DNA of 43,148 bases, taken from assembly GCA_964503765.1 (NCBI GenBank), contig CAZDBQ010000131.1, forward strand, positions 1 to 43,148. Direction: 5' to 3'. Position numbers and translations under genes: made by a program. Below are positions 7,816 through 18,829 of this stretch, piece by piece. Under the pieces are notes generated by a model that did not search any database, was not told where the DNA came from, and saw nothing but the letters and a program-made list of their open reading frames with translations. The stretch is from an uncultured Planctomycetia bacterium (GTDB lineage: Bacteria > Omnitrophota > Gorgyraeia > 2-02-FULL-51-18). Each line of letters opens with the position of its first letter. The first letter of the stretch is position 1.

Positions 7816-9951
7816 ATGAAGGTGATGCAGATTCTGCCGGAGCTTAAATCCGGCGGTGTGGAGAGAGGCACGATAGACCTCGCGAAGTATCTGAAGCAAA
7901 AAGGATACCCGTCGGTTGTGGTGTCGGCCGGAGGGCCGCTGGTGGGTGAGCTCACCTCCGCGGGCGTGACGCATTACACGCTGCCTGTTCATAAAAAATC
8001 ACCCCTGGCCGTTCTTCGGTCCGTTCAGGCGCTCAACAAAATCGTCGCGTTGGAGGGGATTGATATCATTCACGCCAGGAGCCGCATTCCCGCCCTGATC
8101 GCCTTTTTTGTAAGCCGCGCGACGCACATTCCGTTTATTACCACTTGCCATGGGTTTTATAGCAAAAATTTCATAAGTCGGCTCATGGGTTGGGGGAAGA
8201 TTGTGATTGTGGCGAGCCACGTCATAGGAAAGCGAATGAGGGATGATTTTGGCGTTCCCCACAGTAGGATCAGGCTCATTCCGCGAGGCGTTAATTTGCA
8301 GGAATTTCGGTTGCGCGCGGCGAGTCATGAAAAGAAAAAAGGCCAGATTGTGGTTGGTCTAATCGGCCGGCTCACGCCCATCAAGGGCCACCCGCTTTTC
8401 CTGAAGGCAATGGCGCGTGTCACGCGCGTGTTTCCCAATATTAAAATCCAGATCATAGGAGACGCTCCGAGGCCCCAGTATAAGGAAGAGCTGATGATGT
8501 TGACCCGGCGTCTTGGGCTGACGCACTGCGTTGAGTTTTTGGGCACGCGCTATGATATTCCTGAACTTCTGGCGAACATGGACCTTTTGGCGGTTCCTTC
8601 AGTGGGGGAAGAGGCCTTTGGGCGTGTGGCGATCGAGGCGGGCGCCTGCGGGGTGCCGGTCGTCGCTACCCGGATAGGAGGCTTGACCGACATTATTGAG
8701 GACGAGAAGGACGGTCTCCTGGTTCCTCCGGATGACCCGCGTGTCATGGCGGACGCCATGATCAAACTTCTGAAGGAACCTGAGCTGGCCCAGCGGCTGG
8801 CCGCCTCTCTGAGGAAGAAAGTGGAGAAGGACTTTAGCCTGGATCTGATGTTTGAGAAAACCCTTCAAGTTTACGAGGAAGCCATTTCACAAAAAAGAAT
8901 CTTGGTGATCAAAATGAGCGCGGTCGGTGATGTGATCCTGAGCATCCCCTCGCTTCGCGCGCTGCGGAAAAAATTTCCTGACGCATGGATCTCCGTGCTG
9001 GTTGGCCGAAAATCGAGAAAGATTATAAGGAATTGTCCCTACGTCAACGACACGCTCGTCTATGAGGAGATCCCGGGGCAGAACCGCTTCATGAGTCTTT
9101 TGAAGATGGCCAGCCTTCTCTCTAAGGAGGATTTTGATATTGTTGTGGATCTGCAGAACAACAAGACCAGTCATCTCTTGGGGTTCCTATGCGGGGCCAG
9201 GATTCGAGCGGGGCACCCCAACCGCAAGTGGGCATTTTTTCTTAATAAAAAAACAGCGGACGCTTCCAATGTCGGCGTCTCACCCCTGGAACATCAATTC
9301 CGCGTCTTAAGGCTTCTGGGTCTTGAGACTCCCGAAAAACAGCTTGAGCTTTGGACGCAAAAAGAGGAAGACGATTCGGTCAGCGGCTTTCTGGAGAGCC
9401 AGTGGGTTTCACAAAGTCAGACGTTGGTCGGGATAAATCCCGGTTCTTCGCCGCGCTGGCCGACTAAGCAGTGGCCGGCGGAGTATTTTTCAAAACTCTG
9501 CGATGAGCTGGCGAAAAGAAATATCCGCGTCGTGATGACGGGTGCCGAAGAGGATAGGCCTCTGGTGGAGAAAATTTTTAGTCTCACCAAGAACCGCCCC
9601 ATCAACGCCGTGGGAAAAACCTCTATTACGGAGCTTGTCTCTTTAATCAGGCGATGCCAGGTTTTCATCAGTTCGGATTCCGCTCCGATGCATATCGCCT
9701 CGAGTGTCAATGTGCCTCTGATCGCCATTTTTGGCCCTACGGATCCCAAAAGGCATTTGGTACCGCCGTCTCGTTATCAGGTTTTTTGGAAGGAACTTCA
9801 CTGTAGCCCCTGCTACCTGAGAAGCTGCCCGATTGGGCACATCTGCATGAAGCGAATAACCGTCCAAGAGGTGCTGAACTCCGTCCTCTATTTTATTAAG
9901 GACAAGCGCCCCGCACTTTCCGGCCAAGAGACGATCGCTGCAAAAATTTGA
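7816..9951 (+). CDS. Fusion of a GT4 (group 1) glycosyltransferase with a GT9 heptosyltransferase-family module
   Basis: aa 1-~355 are the GT4 part: MQILPELKSGGVERGT and EEAFGRVAIEAGACGVPVVATRIGGLTDIIEDEKDGLLV. aa ~358-711 (nt ~8887-9951) are the GT9 part: RILVIKMSAVGDVILSIPSLRAL, SSDSAPMHIASS, FGPTDP, CSPCYLRSCPIGHIC. Confidence 0.8.
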   Translation: MKVMQILPELKSGGVERGTIDLAKYLKQKGYPSVVVSAGGPLVGELTSAGVTHYTLPVHKKSPLAVLRSVQALNKIVALEGIDIIHARSRIPALIAFFVSRATHIPFITTCHGFYSKNFISRLMGWGKIVIVASHVIGKRMRDDFGVPHSRIRLIPRGVNLQEFRLRAASHEKKKGQIVVGLIGRLTPIKGHPLFLKAMARVTRVFPNIKIQIIGDAPRPQYKEELMMLTRRLGLTHCVEFLGTRYDIPELLANMDLLAVPSVGEEAFGRVAIEAGACGVPVVATRIGGLTDIIEDEKDGLLVPPDDPRVMADAMIKLLKEPELAQRLAASLRKKVEKDFSLDLMFEKTLQVYEEAISQKRILVIKMSAVGDVILSIPSLRALRKKFPDAWISVLVGRKSRKIIRNCPYVNDTLVYEEIPGQNRFMSLLKMASLLSKEDFDIVVDLQNNKTSHLLGFLCGARIRAGHPNRKWAFFLNKKTADASNVGVSPLEHQFRVLRLLGLETPEKQLELWTQKEEDDSVSGFLESQWVSQSQTLVGINPGSSPRWPTKQWPAEYFSKLCDELAKRNIRVVMTGAEEDRPLVEKIFSLTKNRPINAVGKTSITELVSLIRRCQVFISSDSAPMHIASSVNVPLIAIFGPTDPKRHLVPPSRYQVFWKELHCSPCYLRSCPIGHICMKRITVQEVLNSVLYFIKDKRPALSGQETIAAKI

Positions 9952-9961
9952 GGGCTGTTGA

Positions 9962-10726
9962 GTGAAAATAATTAAAAAAAGGTTTGTCGTCGCGGCCTTA
10001 GCCGCCGCCTGTTTTTTTCTATTTTATAAATCAAACTACGAGGTGCCGGTACTGATGTACCATCACGTCGGCGCTCCAGGGGATCCCTCCAGCCTCAATG
10101 TAAGTCTCGAAACTTTTGAACGCCAGATGGAATTTTTAAAAGTACATCGTTACGATGTGATGCCCGCGGAGGAGATGGTCCGTATGATTAAATTGGGCCA
10201 GCCGCTTCCCGCGAAAGCCGTGGCGATCACCTTCGACGACGGGCATTTGGATAATATCAAAAACGCTTTCCCAGTATTAAAGAAAATGAATTTCCCGGCG
10301 ACGATATTTATGATCACGCGCAATATCAACGAGATTGACTCGTTGTCTGAGGAGGATTTGAGGATCTTGGACGAATCGGGTGTGTCTATCGGGAGCCATA
10401 CGGTGAATCACGCGTTTTTGCCGAAGGTCGCGACGGCGGATATTCTTTTTGAAATTACGGAATCCAAAAAGAAATTGGAGAAGGTTCTCGGGCATCCCGT
10501 GGCGTTGATCAGCTATCCGGCTGGGGGTTTCACCCAAGAGGCGAGGCTGTTGGTGGAAAAAGAGGGGTATGAGGGCGGCTTGACCACCAACCACGGGAAA
10601 GGAAAGCACGACCCCTACGCGCTTCATCGGATCAAGGCTACGGAGAGCGGGGGGAGCCTCTTCAGCTTTTGGATTAAAACAAGCGGTTTGTATCATTTGG
10701 GAAAAAAGAGGATAGACGTTCAATGA
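9962..10726 (+). CDS. Polysaccharide deacetylase (NodB homology domain, CE4 family), membrane anchored or secreted
   Basis: The start codon is GTG. The N-terminal hydrophobic segment is VVAALAAACFFLF. CE4 motifs are ITFDDGHLDN, IGSHTVNH and LISYPAGG. Confidence 0.8.
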   Translation: MKIIKKRFVVAALAAACFFLFYKSNYEVPVLMYHHVGAPGDPSSLNVSLETFERQMEFLKVHRYDVMPAEEMVRMIKLGQPLPAKAVAITFDDGHLDNIKNAFPVLKKMNFPATIFMITRNINEIDSLSEEDLRILDESGVSIGSHTVNHAFLPKVATADILFEITESKKKLEKVLGHPVALISYPAGGFTQEARLLVEKEGYEGGLTTNHGKGKHDPYALHRIKATESGGSLFSFWIKTSGLYHLGKKRIDVQ

Positions 10727-11745
10727 ACCGGATACTGATTGTGAATGTGAACTGGTTGGGGGATGTGCTATTTTCAACCCCCGCCATTCGCGCGATAAGA
10801 AAATGGTTGCCGGAAAGTTACATCGCGTGTCTGGTGCCGCCACGGTGCGCAGGTTTGCTAAAAAACAACCCCTATTTAAATGAAGTGATCGTAAGCCATG
10901 ACAGGCATTCTTTTTTTGCCTGGCCTGAGCTTTTTAAAACTGTCCAAGAGCTTAAGAAAAAGCGTTTTGACACAGCGATTTTTTTTCACCGTTCAAAGAC
11001 GAAAGTGCTGATGACAGTGCTGGCGGGTATTCCCGAGAGGTTGGGCTTTTGGGCCCCGGGCAGGAGACGCCTCCTCACGCGTGTGGTCCCGTTGCCTGAA
11101 GCGCCGCTCCATAAGACGGATTTATTTTTAAATCTAATTGAGCACCTGGGAATTCCCGCGGATGGCCGAACGCCTGATTTTTTTCCAGGTCAAGGGACAG
11201 AGGGGGAGCTTCGCGCGCTTCTCGAAAGCCATGGGATTTTGCCGGGCACTCCCTATGCGGTCGTGCATGCCGGAGGCAACTGGGACTTGAAGCGATGGCC
11301 CGCGTCCTATTTTGTGGAATGGATACGGTTGCTATTGCAAAATTATAGCTGGAAAGTCATTTTATGCGGCACCTCAAAAGAAGAAGCGCTGTCCAAGGAG
11401 ATCCAGGCTCCTTTTGATGATAAAGAGGTCATTAATCTTTGCGGGAAGACCTCTCTTGACGCGTTGGCGCTGATGATAAAAAACGCCAAACTTCTTCTTT
11501 CGAATGATTCAGGCCCCATTCATCTGGCAGCCAGCCAGAAAACAAAAATCGTGGGGCTTTTTGGTCCGACATCGCCCGAGCTGACGGGTCCTATCTCAGC
11601 GGGCCAGGCCGTGATCGTGAAAAAAGACGTCGGGTGCGAGGTCCCCTGTTATTTCAAATCCTGCAATTACCGTGTTTGCATGGAGTGGCTCTCGCCGCAA
11701 GAGGTGTTTGAGAAAACAAAGGAGCTATACGCTAGAAGTTTATGA
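10723..11745 (+). CDS. GT9 family glycosyltransferase (LPS heptosyltransferase family)
   Basis: Motifs are RILIVNVNWLGDVLFSTPAIRAIR, LSNDSGPIHLAAS, FGPTSP and CEVPCYFKSCNYRVC. The start overlaps the stop of the upstream gene (ATGA). Confidence 0.85.
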   Translation: MNRILIVNVNWLGDVLFSTPAIRAIRKWLPESYIACLVPPRCAGLLKNNPYLNEVIVSHDRHSFFAWPELFKTVQELKKKRFDTAIFFHRSKTKVLMTVLAGIPERLGFWAPGRRRLLTRVVPLPEAPLHKTDLFLNLIEHLGIPADGRTPDFFPGQGTEGELRALLESHGILPGTPYAVVHAGGNWDLKRWPASYFVEWIRLLLQNYSWKVILCGTSKEEALSKEIQAPFDDKEVINLCGKTSLDALALMIKNAKLLLSNDSGPIHLAASQKTKIVGLFGPTSPELTGPISAGQAVIVKKDVGCEVPCYFKSCNYRVCMEWLSPQEVFEKTKELYARSL

Positions 11746-13772
11746 AGCCCGATAAAAATAACGTTCGAAAAATTTTGGTGGTGACACTCTCTAATCTGGG
11801 AGATGTCGTACTGACACTGCCTGTTTTTCAGTCGCTTGCGCAGGCGTTTCCCGGAGCCCAAATCCACGCAATTGTGGGGGCGGGTGCCAGAGAGGCGCTT
11901 GAAGGGGATACAAGGATACAAAAAGTGATCCCGTACAATAAAAGGATGCGTTGGGCCGAGAAAATTAAATTTTTGGGTCAGATTCGCCAAGAGCGGTACG
12001 ACCTTATCATTGATCTCCGTCATTCGCTCATCGGCTTTTTCGGAGGCGCCCGTTTTAGAAACAGTTATTTTAATTTTTCAAGAAAACGCGGGCATCGGGC
12101 AGGCATTCATTTGCGGTCATTGCGGGGGATCGCCCCAGCGCTTGAGGATGGCGGGTCCTTTTTGAGTGCCAAGGCCCTGGCAGGCGGACGGGTAGAGGAA
12201 TGGCTTTTGGCGGACGAGCGACGGCTCGTGGTGGCGGCCCCAGGGTCAAAGAGTGACATTAAGAAGTGGCCTGCTGAGTATTATGCGAAACTCTTAGACA
12301 GGCTCGTGACGGATCATAATTGCCGCGTGATCCTGGTAGGTGACCAACAAGATGCCCAGGACGCCGCGAAAGTCAAAGGCCTTATGAGAAACAGTGCGAT
12401 GGACCTGGCCGGCCAGACAAATTTTAAAGAGCTTTCGGCTCTCCTCAAAAATGCGGCTCTATTAATCACCAATGACAGCGCGCCCCTACATATCGCGGAC
12501 GCTTTAAAAACGCCTACGCTGGCTTTGTTCGGGCCGACAGACCCGCGAAAGTACGGCCCTCGATTTTCCGGCAGTCTGGTCGCCAAAAAGGAAATTTTTT
12601 GTTCTCCCTGCGAAAAGGCCCAGTGCCGTTTCGGGCACGAGTGCCTAAAAGAGCTCGGCGTCGATGAGGTCACTCAAAAAGGGCTGCAAATTTTAAACGA
12701 TGAGTTTCAGCCAAGGAATCTTAAAATCCTGGTGGTGAGGCTCGACCGCATGGGAGACGTCGTTCTCTCCTTGCCCGCGATTGAAGCGATTAAAAACCGG
12801 TTCCCAAACGCTTTTCTTTCTGTGATGGTTAGGCCGTACACCCGGGAGATCGTGGAGGGGCATCCTCTGGTGGATGAGGTGATCCCTTATTTTTACGAGA
12901 AAAAGGGAAGGCACAGTTCACTCATCGGCGGCCTTCGTTTTGTGCGGGAAATCGTAAAGAGGCATTTCGACATCGCTTTTATATTGCATCCCTCGAATCG
13001 CTCGCATTTGGTGCCCTTTTTAGCGGGAATTCCCTACCGAATTGGCCTGGGTTCTCACGCGCCGTTTCTTTTGACGAAACGGGTACCTGACCGCCGGCAT
13101 GAGGGGAAAAAACACGAATCAGATTATGCCTTGGATGTGGTGCGGGCTTTTGGAATCCAACCGCTGGCTGAAAAAAAAATATTGATCGCCACTTTTGCCG
13201 AGCACGAGTCAAAGGCTTCCAGGATCCTGGAGGACACGTTCGCCGGGGGAGGCGATGAACTGATAGCGTTTCACGCGGGGGCAAGCTGTCCTTCCAAGCG
13301 TTGGCCGGAAGAACGTTTTGCGGAGCTTGGTAAGAAAGTGTTGGAAAATTCTTCTTATCGCGTAGTCATTGTCGGCGGGAAAGAGGATGAGGCATTGGGC
13401 CAAACTCTCAAAGCCACCCTTGGGGAAAAAGCGGTAGACCTTACGGGCAAGCTCAGTTTAAAAGAGTTGGCGGCGCTATTAAAAAGATGCCGTCTGATGG
13501 TCTCCAATGATTCGGGGCCGGCGCACATCGCCGCGGCGGTCGGAACACCTGTGATTTGTATTTTTGGAAGAAACCAGGCTGGCCTGGGGCCTCTTCGCTG
13601 GAGACCGCTTGGAAAATCGCATGAAATTCTGCATAAGGACGTGGGCTGCGTGGTTTGTCTTGCCCACCGTTGCACTATCGGTTTTGAATGTCTGCAAGCC
13701 ATTACCGTGGAGGAGGTCTTTTCTAAATTGAAACAGATGCTTTCATTACAAAAAGAAACGGTTAGGCAATGA
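11742..13772 (+). CDS. Tandem GT9::GT9 fusion (two heptosyltransferase-family modules in one polypeptide)
   Basis: Module 1 is aa 1-~320: KILVVTLSNLGDVVLTLPVFQSL, ITNDSAPLHIADA, FGPTDP, CSPCEKAQCRFGHEC. A linker of about 16 aa follows. Module 2 is aa ~326-676 (nt ~12716-13772): LKILVVRLDRMGDVVLSLPAIEAI, VSNDSGPAHIAAA, CVVCLAHRCTIGFEC. Confidence 0.8.
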   Translation: MKPDKNNVRKILVVTLSNLGDVVLTLPVFQSLAQAFPGAQIHAIVGAGAREALEGDTRIQKVIPYNKRMRWAEKIKFLGQIRQERYDLIIDLRHSLIGFFGGARFRNSYFNFSRKRGHRAGIHLRSLRGIAPALEDGGSFLSAKALAGGRVEEWLLADERRLVVAAPGSKSDIKKWPAEYYAKLLDRLVTDHNCRVILVGDQQDAQDAAKVKGLMRNSAMDLAGQTNFKELSALLKNAALLITNDSAPLHIADALKTPTLALFGPTDPRKYGPRFSGSLVAKKEIFCSPCEKAQCRFGHECLKELGVDEVTQKGLQILNDEFQPRNLKILVVRLDRMGDVVLSLPAIEAIKNRFPNAFLSVMVRPYTREIVEGHPLVDEVIPYFYEKKGRHSSLIGGLRFVREIVKRHFDIAFILHPSNRSHLVPFLAGIPYRIGLGSHAPFLLTKRVPDRRHEGKKHESDYALDVVRAFGIQPLAEKKILIATFAEHESKASRILEDTFAGGGDELIAFHAGASCPSKRWPEERFAELGKKVLENSSYRVVIVGGKEDEALGQTLKATLGEKAVDLTGKLSLKELAALLKRCRLMVSNDSGPAHIAAAVGTPVICIFGRNQAGLGPLRWRPLGKSHEILHKDVGCVVCLAHRCTIGFECLQAITVEEVFSKLKQMLSLQKETVRQ

Positions 13773-14587
13773 GCAAGCGCTTTCTTTCCTGTTTATTGAT
13801 CGCCGGTTTCGCGGCCCTTGTGAGCAGCGAGTGTCTTTTGGCGGCTCCCGCGAACTTTGCCTCAAAGAGGAATAACGGCAAGATTAAAATTGAAGAGCCG
13901 CTTAAAACATTGACGGTGGGGGAACACCTTACGTTTGAAGTGTTTTGGATGGGAATCCCTGTGGGTATCGGGACGCTGGAAGTGAAGGAGAAGGTGATCA
14001 TCCACGGACGCGAGGCTTTTCATGTCGTGGCGATTGCCAGGACGAACGACTTCCTGTCAAAAATATATCCGATTTATGATGAAGTTCATAGCTACATCGA
14101 CACCGAGAAATTTTGTTCGCTGGAGTTCAGCAAGGAGTTGAGGGAGGGCCGTTACCGGGCGCACGAAAGAGTTATTTATGACTACGCAAGAAAAAAAGGC
14201 CTGTACGAATCCTTCCTGAACAAGAATAAGACGGAGATCGACATTCCCTCGGAAGTTCAGGACGCGGTGAGTGCCTTCTTCTGGTTTCGCCTGCAGGACG
14301 CGCAGGTGGGCAAGAGCCTTAAAACCATAGTGAATAGCCGGGAGCAGAATTGGGACCTGGAAATTAAGGTTTTAGGCAGTGAGGCCAAGGAGCTACGAGG
14401 CGGAGAGATTATTGACACCGTGCTGGTTGAGCCCAAGACCCGGTATAAGGAAATACTCTACCAAAGGGGCCGAGCGTGGGTGTACTTTAGCGCGGATAGC
14501 AAACGCCTGCCGGTTTGGATCAATATCCAGACTCCCTTTGGCCCGGTGAACGGGGTGCTTAAACAACAATTAAAAATTAAAAATTAA
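13769..14587 (+). CDS. Secreted DUF3108 family protein
   Basis: The signal peptide is MSKRFLSCLLIAGFAALVSSECLLA. LTFEVFWMGIPVGIGTLEVKE...GREAFHVVAIARTN matches my memory of the DUF3108 N-terminal pattern. Confidence 0.65.
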   Translation: MSKRFLSCLLIAGFAALVSSECLLAAPANFASKRNNGKIKIEEPLKTLTVGEHLTFEVFWMGIPVGIGTLEVKEKVIIHGREAFHVVAIARTNDFLSKIYPIYDEVHSYIDTEKFCSLEFSKELREGRYRAHERVIYDYARKKGLYESFLNKNKTEIDIPSEVQDAVSAFFWFRLQDAQVGKSLKTIVNSREQNWDLEIKVLGSEAKELRGGEIIDTVLVEPKTRYKEILYQRGRAWVYFSADSKRLPVWINIQTPFGPVNGVLKQQLKIKN

Positions 14588-14635
14588 GAATGAAAAAAAA
14601 GCGAAGCAGTGTTAAAATCTTAAGCTGAACAGAAA

Positions 14636-15633
14636 ATGAAATCACTTAATTTTGCTCGTCTTAAAAGTGTCATCTCCAGTTTTAAAGACGCGAAGGTTTT
14701 AGTCGTTGGCGACCTTATCCTGGATGAATTTATCTGGGGAAAGGTCTCGCGCATTTCACCGGAGGCTCCTGTTCCGGTGGTGTGGGTGGAGTCCGAGAAT
14801 TTCATGCCCGGCGGAGCCAGTAACGTCGCCAATAATATCCGTTCGCTAGGGGGAGAGGTGTACCTGGCCGGAGTGGTTGGCGGAGATTCGCGGGGTGAGA
14901 TTCTGCGGACCCTGCTTCGGAAGAGGGGCGTTCATTGTGACGGGATTTTTGTCGATAAGAAAAGGCCCACGATTCAGAAAACGCGGGTGATTGCCCATCA
15001 CCAACAGGTCGTAAGAATCGACCGGGAAGTCGTGCACCCGCTGTCCGAAGCCCTGCTGGAAGAGATACTGGCGTTCATCCGGAAGCGGATAAAAGAGGTG
15101 GACGCGCTGATTATCGAGGATTATGGAAAGGGAGTGGTTGTGCCGAGGCTAGTGCAGGAGATTGTGAAGGCGGCCAGAAAGCACAAAAAAATCATCACGG
15201 TCGACCCCAAGGAAACGCATATTTCTTATTATCAGGGTGTCACGACGATTACACCCAATCATCACGAGGCGGCTTCGGCAGTTGGTTTTCCCATTAAGGA
15301 CGACGCGTCTCTTGAAAAGGCCGGGAAGAAACTTTTGAAAAAATTAAACTGTGAATCCGTGCTGATTACGCTGGGAGAGAACGGCATGAGTCTTTTCCAG
15401 AAGGGTAAGTCGATGACCAAGATTTCAACGGTCGCGCAGGATGTGTTTGACGTGTCCGGCGCGGGGGACACCGTGATCAGCGCCTATACGCTCGCGCGCG
15501 CCAAGAAAGCTACGCCGCTTGAAGCCGCCCATATCTCCAACTGCGCGGCGGGGGTTGTGGTAGGAAAGGTAGGGGTCGCGGTGACGAATCCGGATGAGCT
15601 TTTAGGGCATATTCGAAGGGAGATGGACAGATA

Positions 15634-15634
<1 letters not shown>
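14636..15634 (+). CDS. hldA: D-glycero-beta-D-manno-heptose-7-phosphate kinase (RfaE/HldE domain I only)
   Basis: This is a PfkB-type kinase with the RfaE-type N-terminus KVLVVGDLILDEFIWGKVSRISPEAPVPVV and DVSGAGDTVISAY. At 332 aa it has no fused adenylyltransferase domain. Confidence 0.8.
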
Positions 15635-17980
<2,346 letters not shown>

Positions 17981-17986
17981 GCTAAA

Positions 17987-18829
17987 ATGACCCAACCCAA
18001 AACAACCCGTACAGTTAGTTTAGGGAAAATCGCGATCGGTACGGGCAAGCCATTGGCTCTCATCGCCGGCCCTTGCGTGATTGAAAATGAGAAGAGCGCC
18101 CTGCGACATGCCCGTGCCATCAAAAAAATCGCGGACAGTCTCAAAATTCCCGTTATTTACAAATCTAGTTACGACAAGGCTAACCGAAGCTCTCACAGTT
18201 CTTTCCGCGGGCTGGGGATTGACCGGGGACTTTTAATCTTGAAACATGTGAAAGATGAAACGGGCATGCCTATTTTGACGGACGTTCACACCGCCGAGGA
18301 AGCCGAGAAGGCCGCTTGCGTGGCGGATGTTTTGCAGATTCCCGCTTTTTTGTGCCGCCAGACGGACCTCCTACTGGCTGCTGCCGGAACAGGCAAAGTG
18401 GTCAATGTGAAGAAAGGCCAATTTTTGGCGCCCTGGGAAATGGGGAACATCGTAGAAAAGGTGGCTTCGCGCGGCAACCACCGGATCCTGCTCACAGAAC
18501 GGGGTACGAGTTTTGGCTACAACACGCTCGTCAGTGATTTTAGAGGCATCCCCATCATGAAAAAGTTTGGATACCCCGTTATTTTTGACGCGACTCATTC
18601 TGTGCAGCAACCGGGCGGAAGGGGAAAAAGTTCCGGCGGTGAGAGGGAATTTGTGCCGGTGCTGGCGCAGGCCTCTGTCGTGGCAGGCGCCGATGGAATT
18701 TTTATGGAAGTGCATGAAGACCCCGATCATGCCCCTAGCGACGGGCCTAACATGGTTCCTCTGCGTGAACTTAAGAAGCTTTTGGAGCGTCTGTTGAAAC
18801 TAAGCCGTGTGGTGAGAAATGGCTATTAA
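17987..18829 (+). CDS. kdsA: 2-dehydro-3-deoxyphosphooctonate aldolase (Kdo8P synthase)
   Basis: Motifs are LIAGPCVIEN, YKSSYDKANRSS and FDATHSVQQPGG. Confidence 0.9.
   Translation: MTQPKTTRTVSLGKIAIGTGKPLALIAGPCVIENEKSALRHARAIKKIADSLKIPVIYKSSYDKANRSSHSSFRGLGIDRGLLILKHVKDETGMPILTDVHTAEEAEKAACVADVLQIPAFLCRQTDLLLAAAGTGKVVNVKKGQFLAPWEMGNIVEKVASRGNHRILLTERGTSFGYNTLVSDFRGIPIMKKFGYPVIFDATHSVQQPGGRGKSSGGEREFVPVLAQASVVAGADGIFMEVHEDPDHAPSDGPNMVPLRELKKLLERLLKLSRVVRNGY

Noticed and set aside
13171-13179. An A9 homopolymer inside the GT9::GT9 gene as a slipped-strand phase-variation switch. Other A8/T8 runs occur at 5775, 10979, 29658 and 31388.
   Set aside because: The runs arise from Lys (AAA) or Phe (TTT) codons in an AAA-rich coding style and are scattered across housekeeping genes such as dxr and rseP. 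They are short for a contingency locus. There is no way to see length variation from one sequence.
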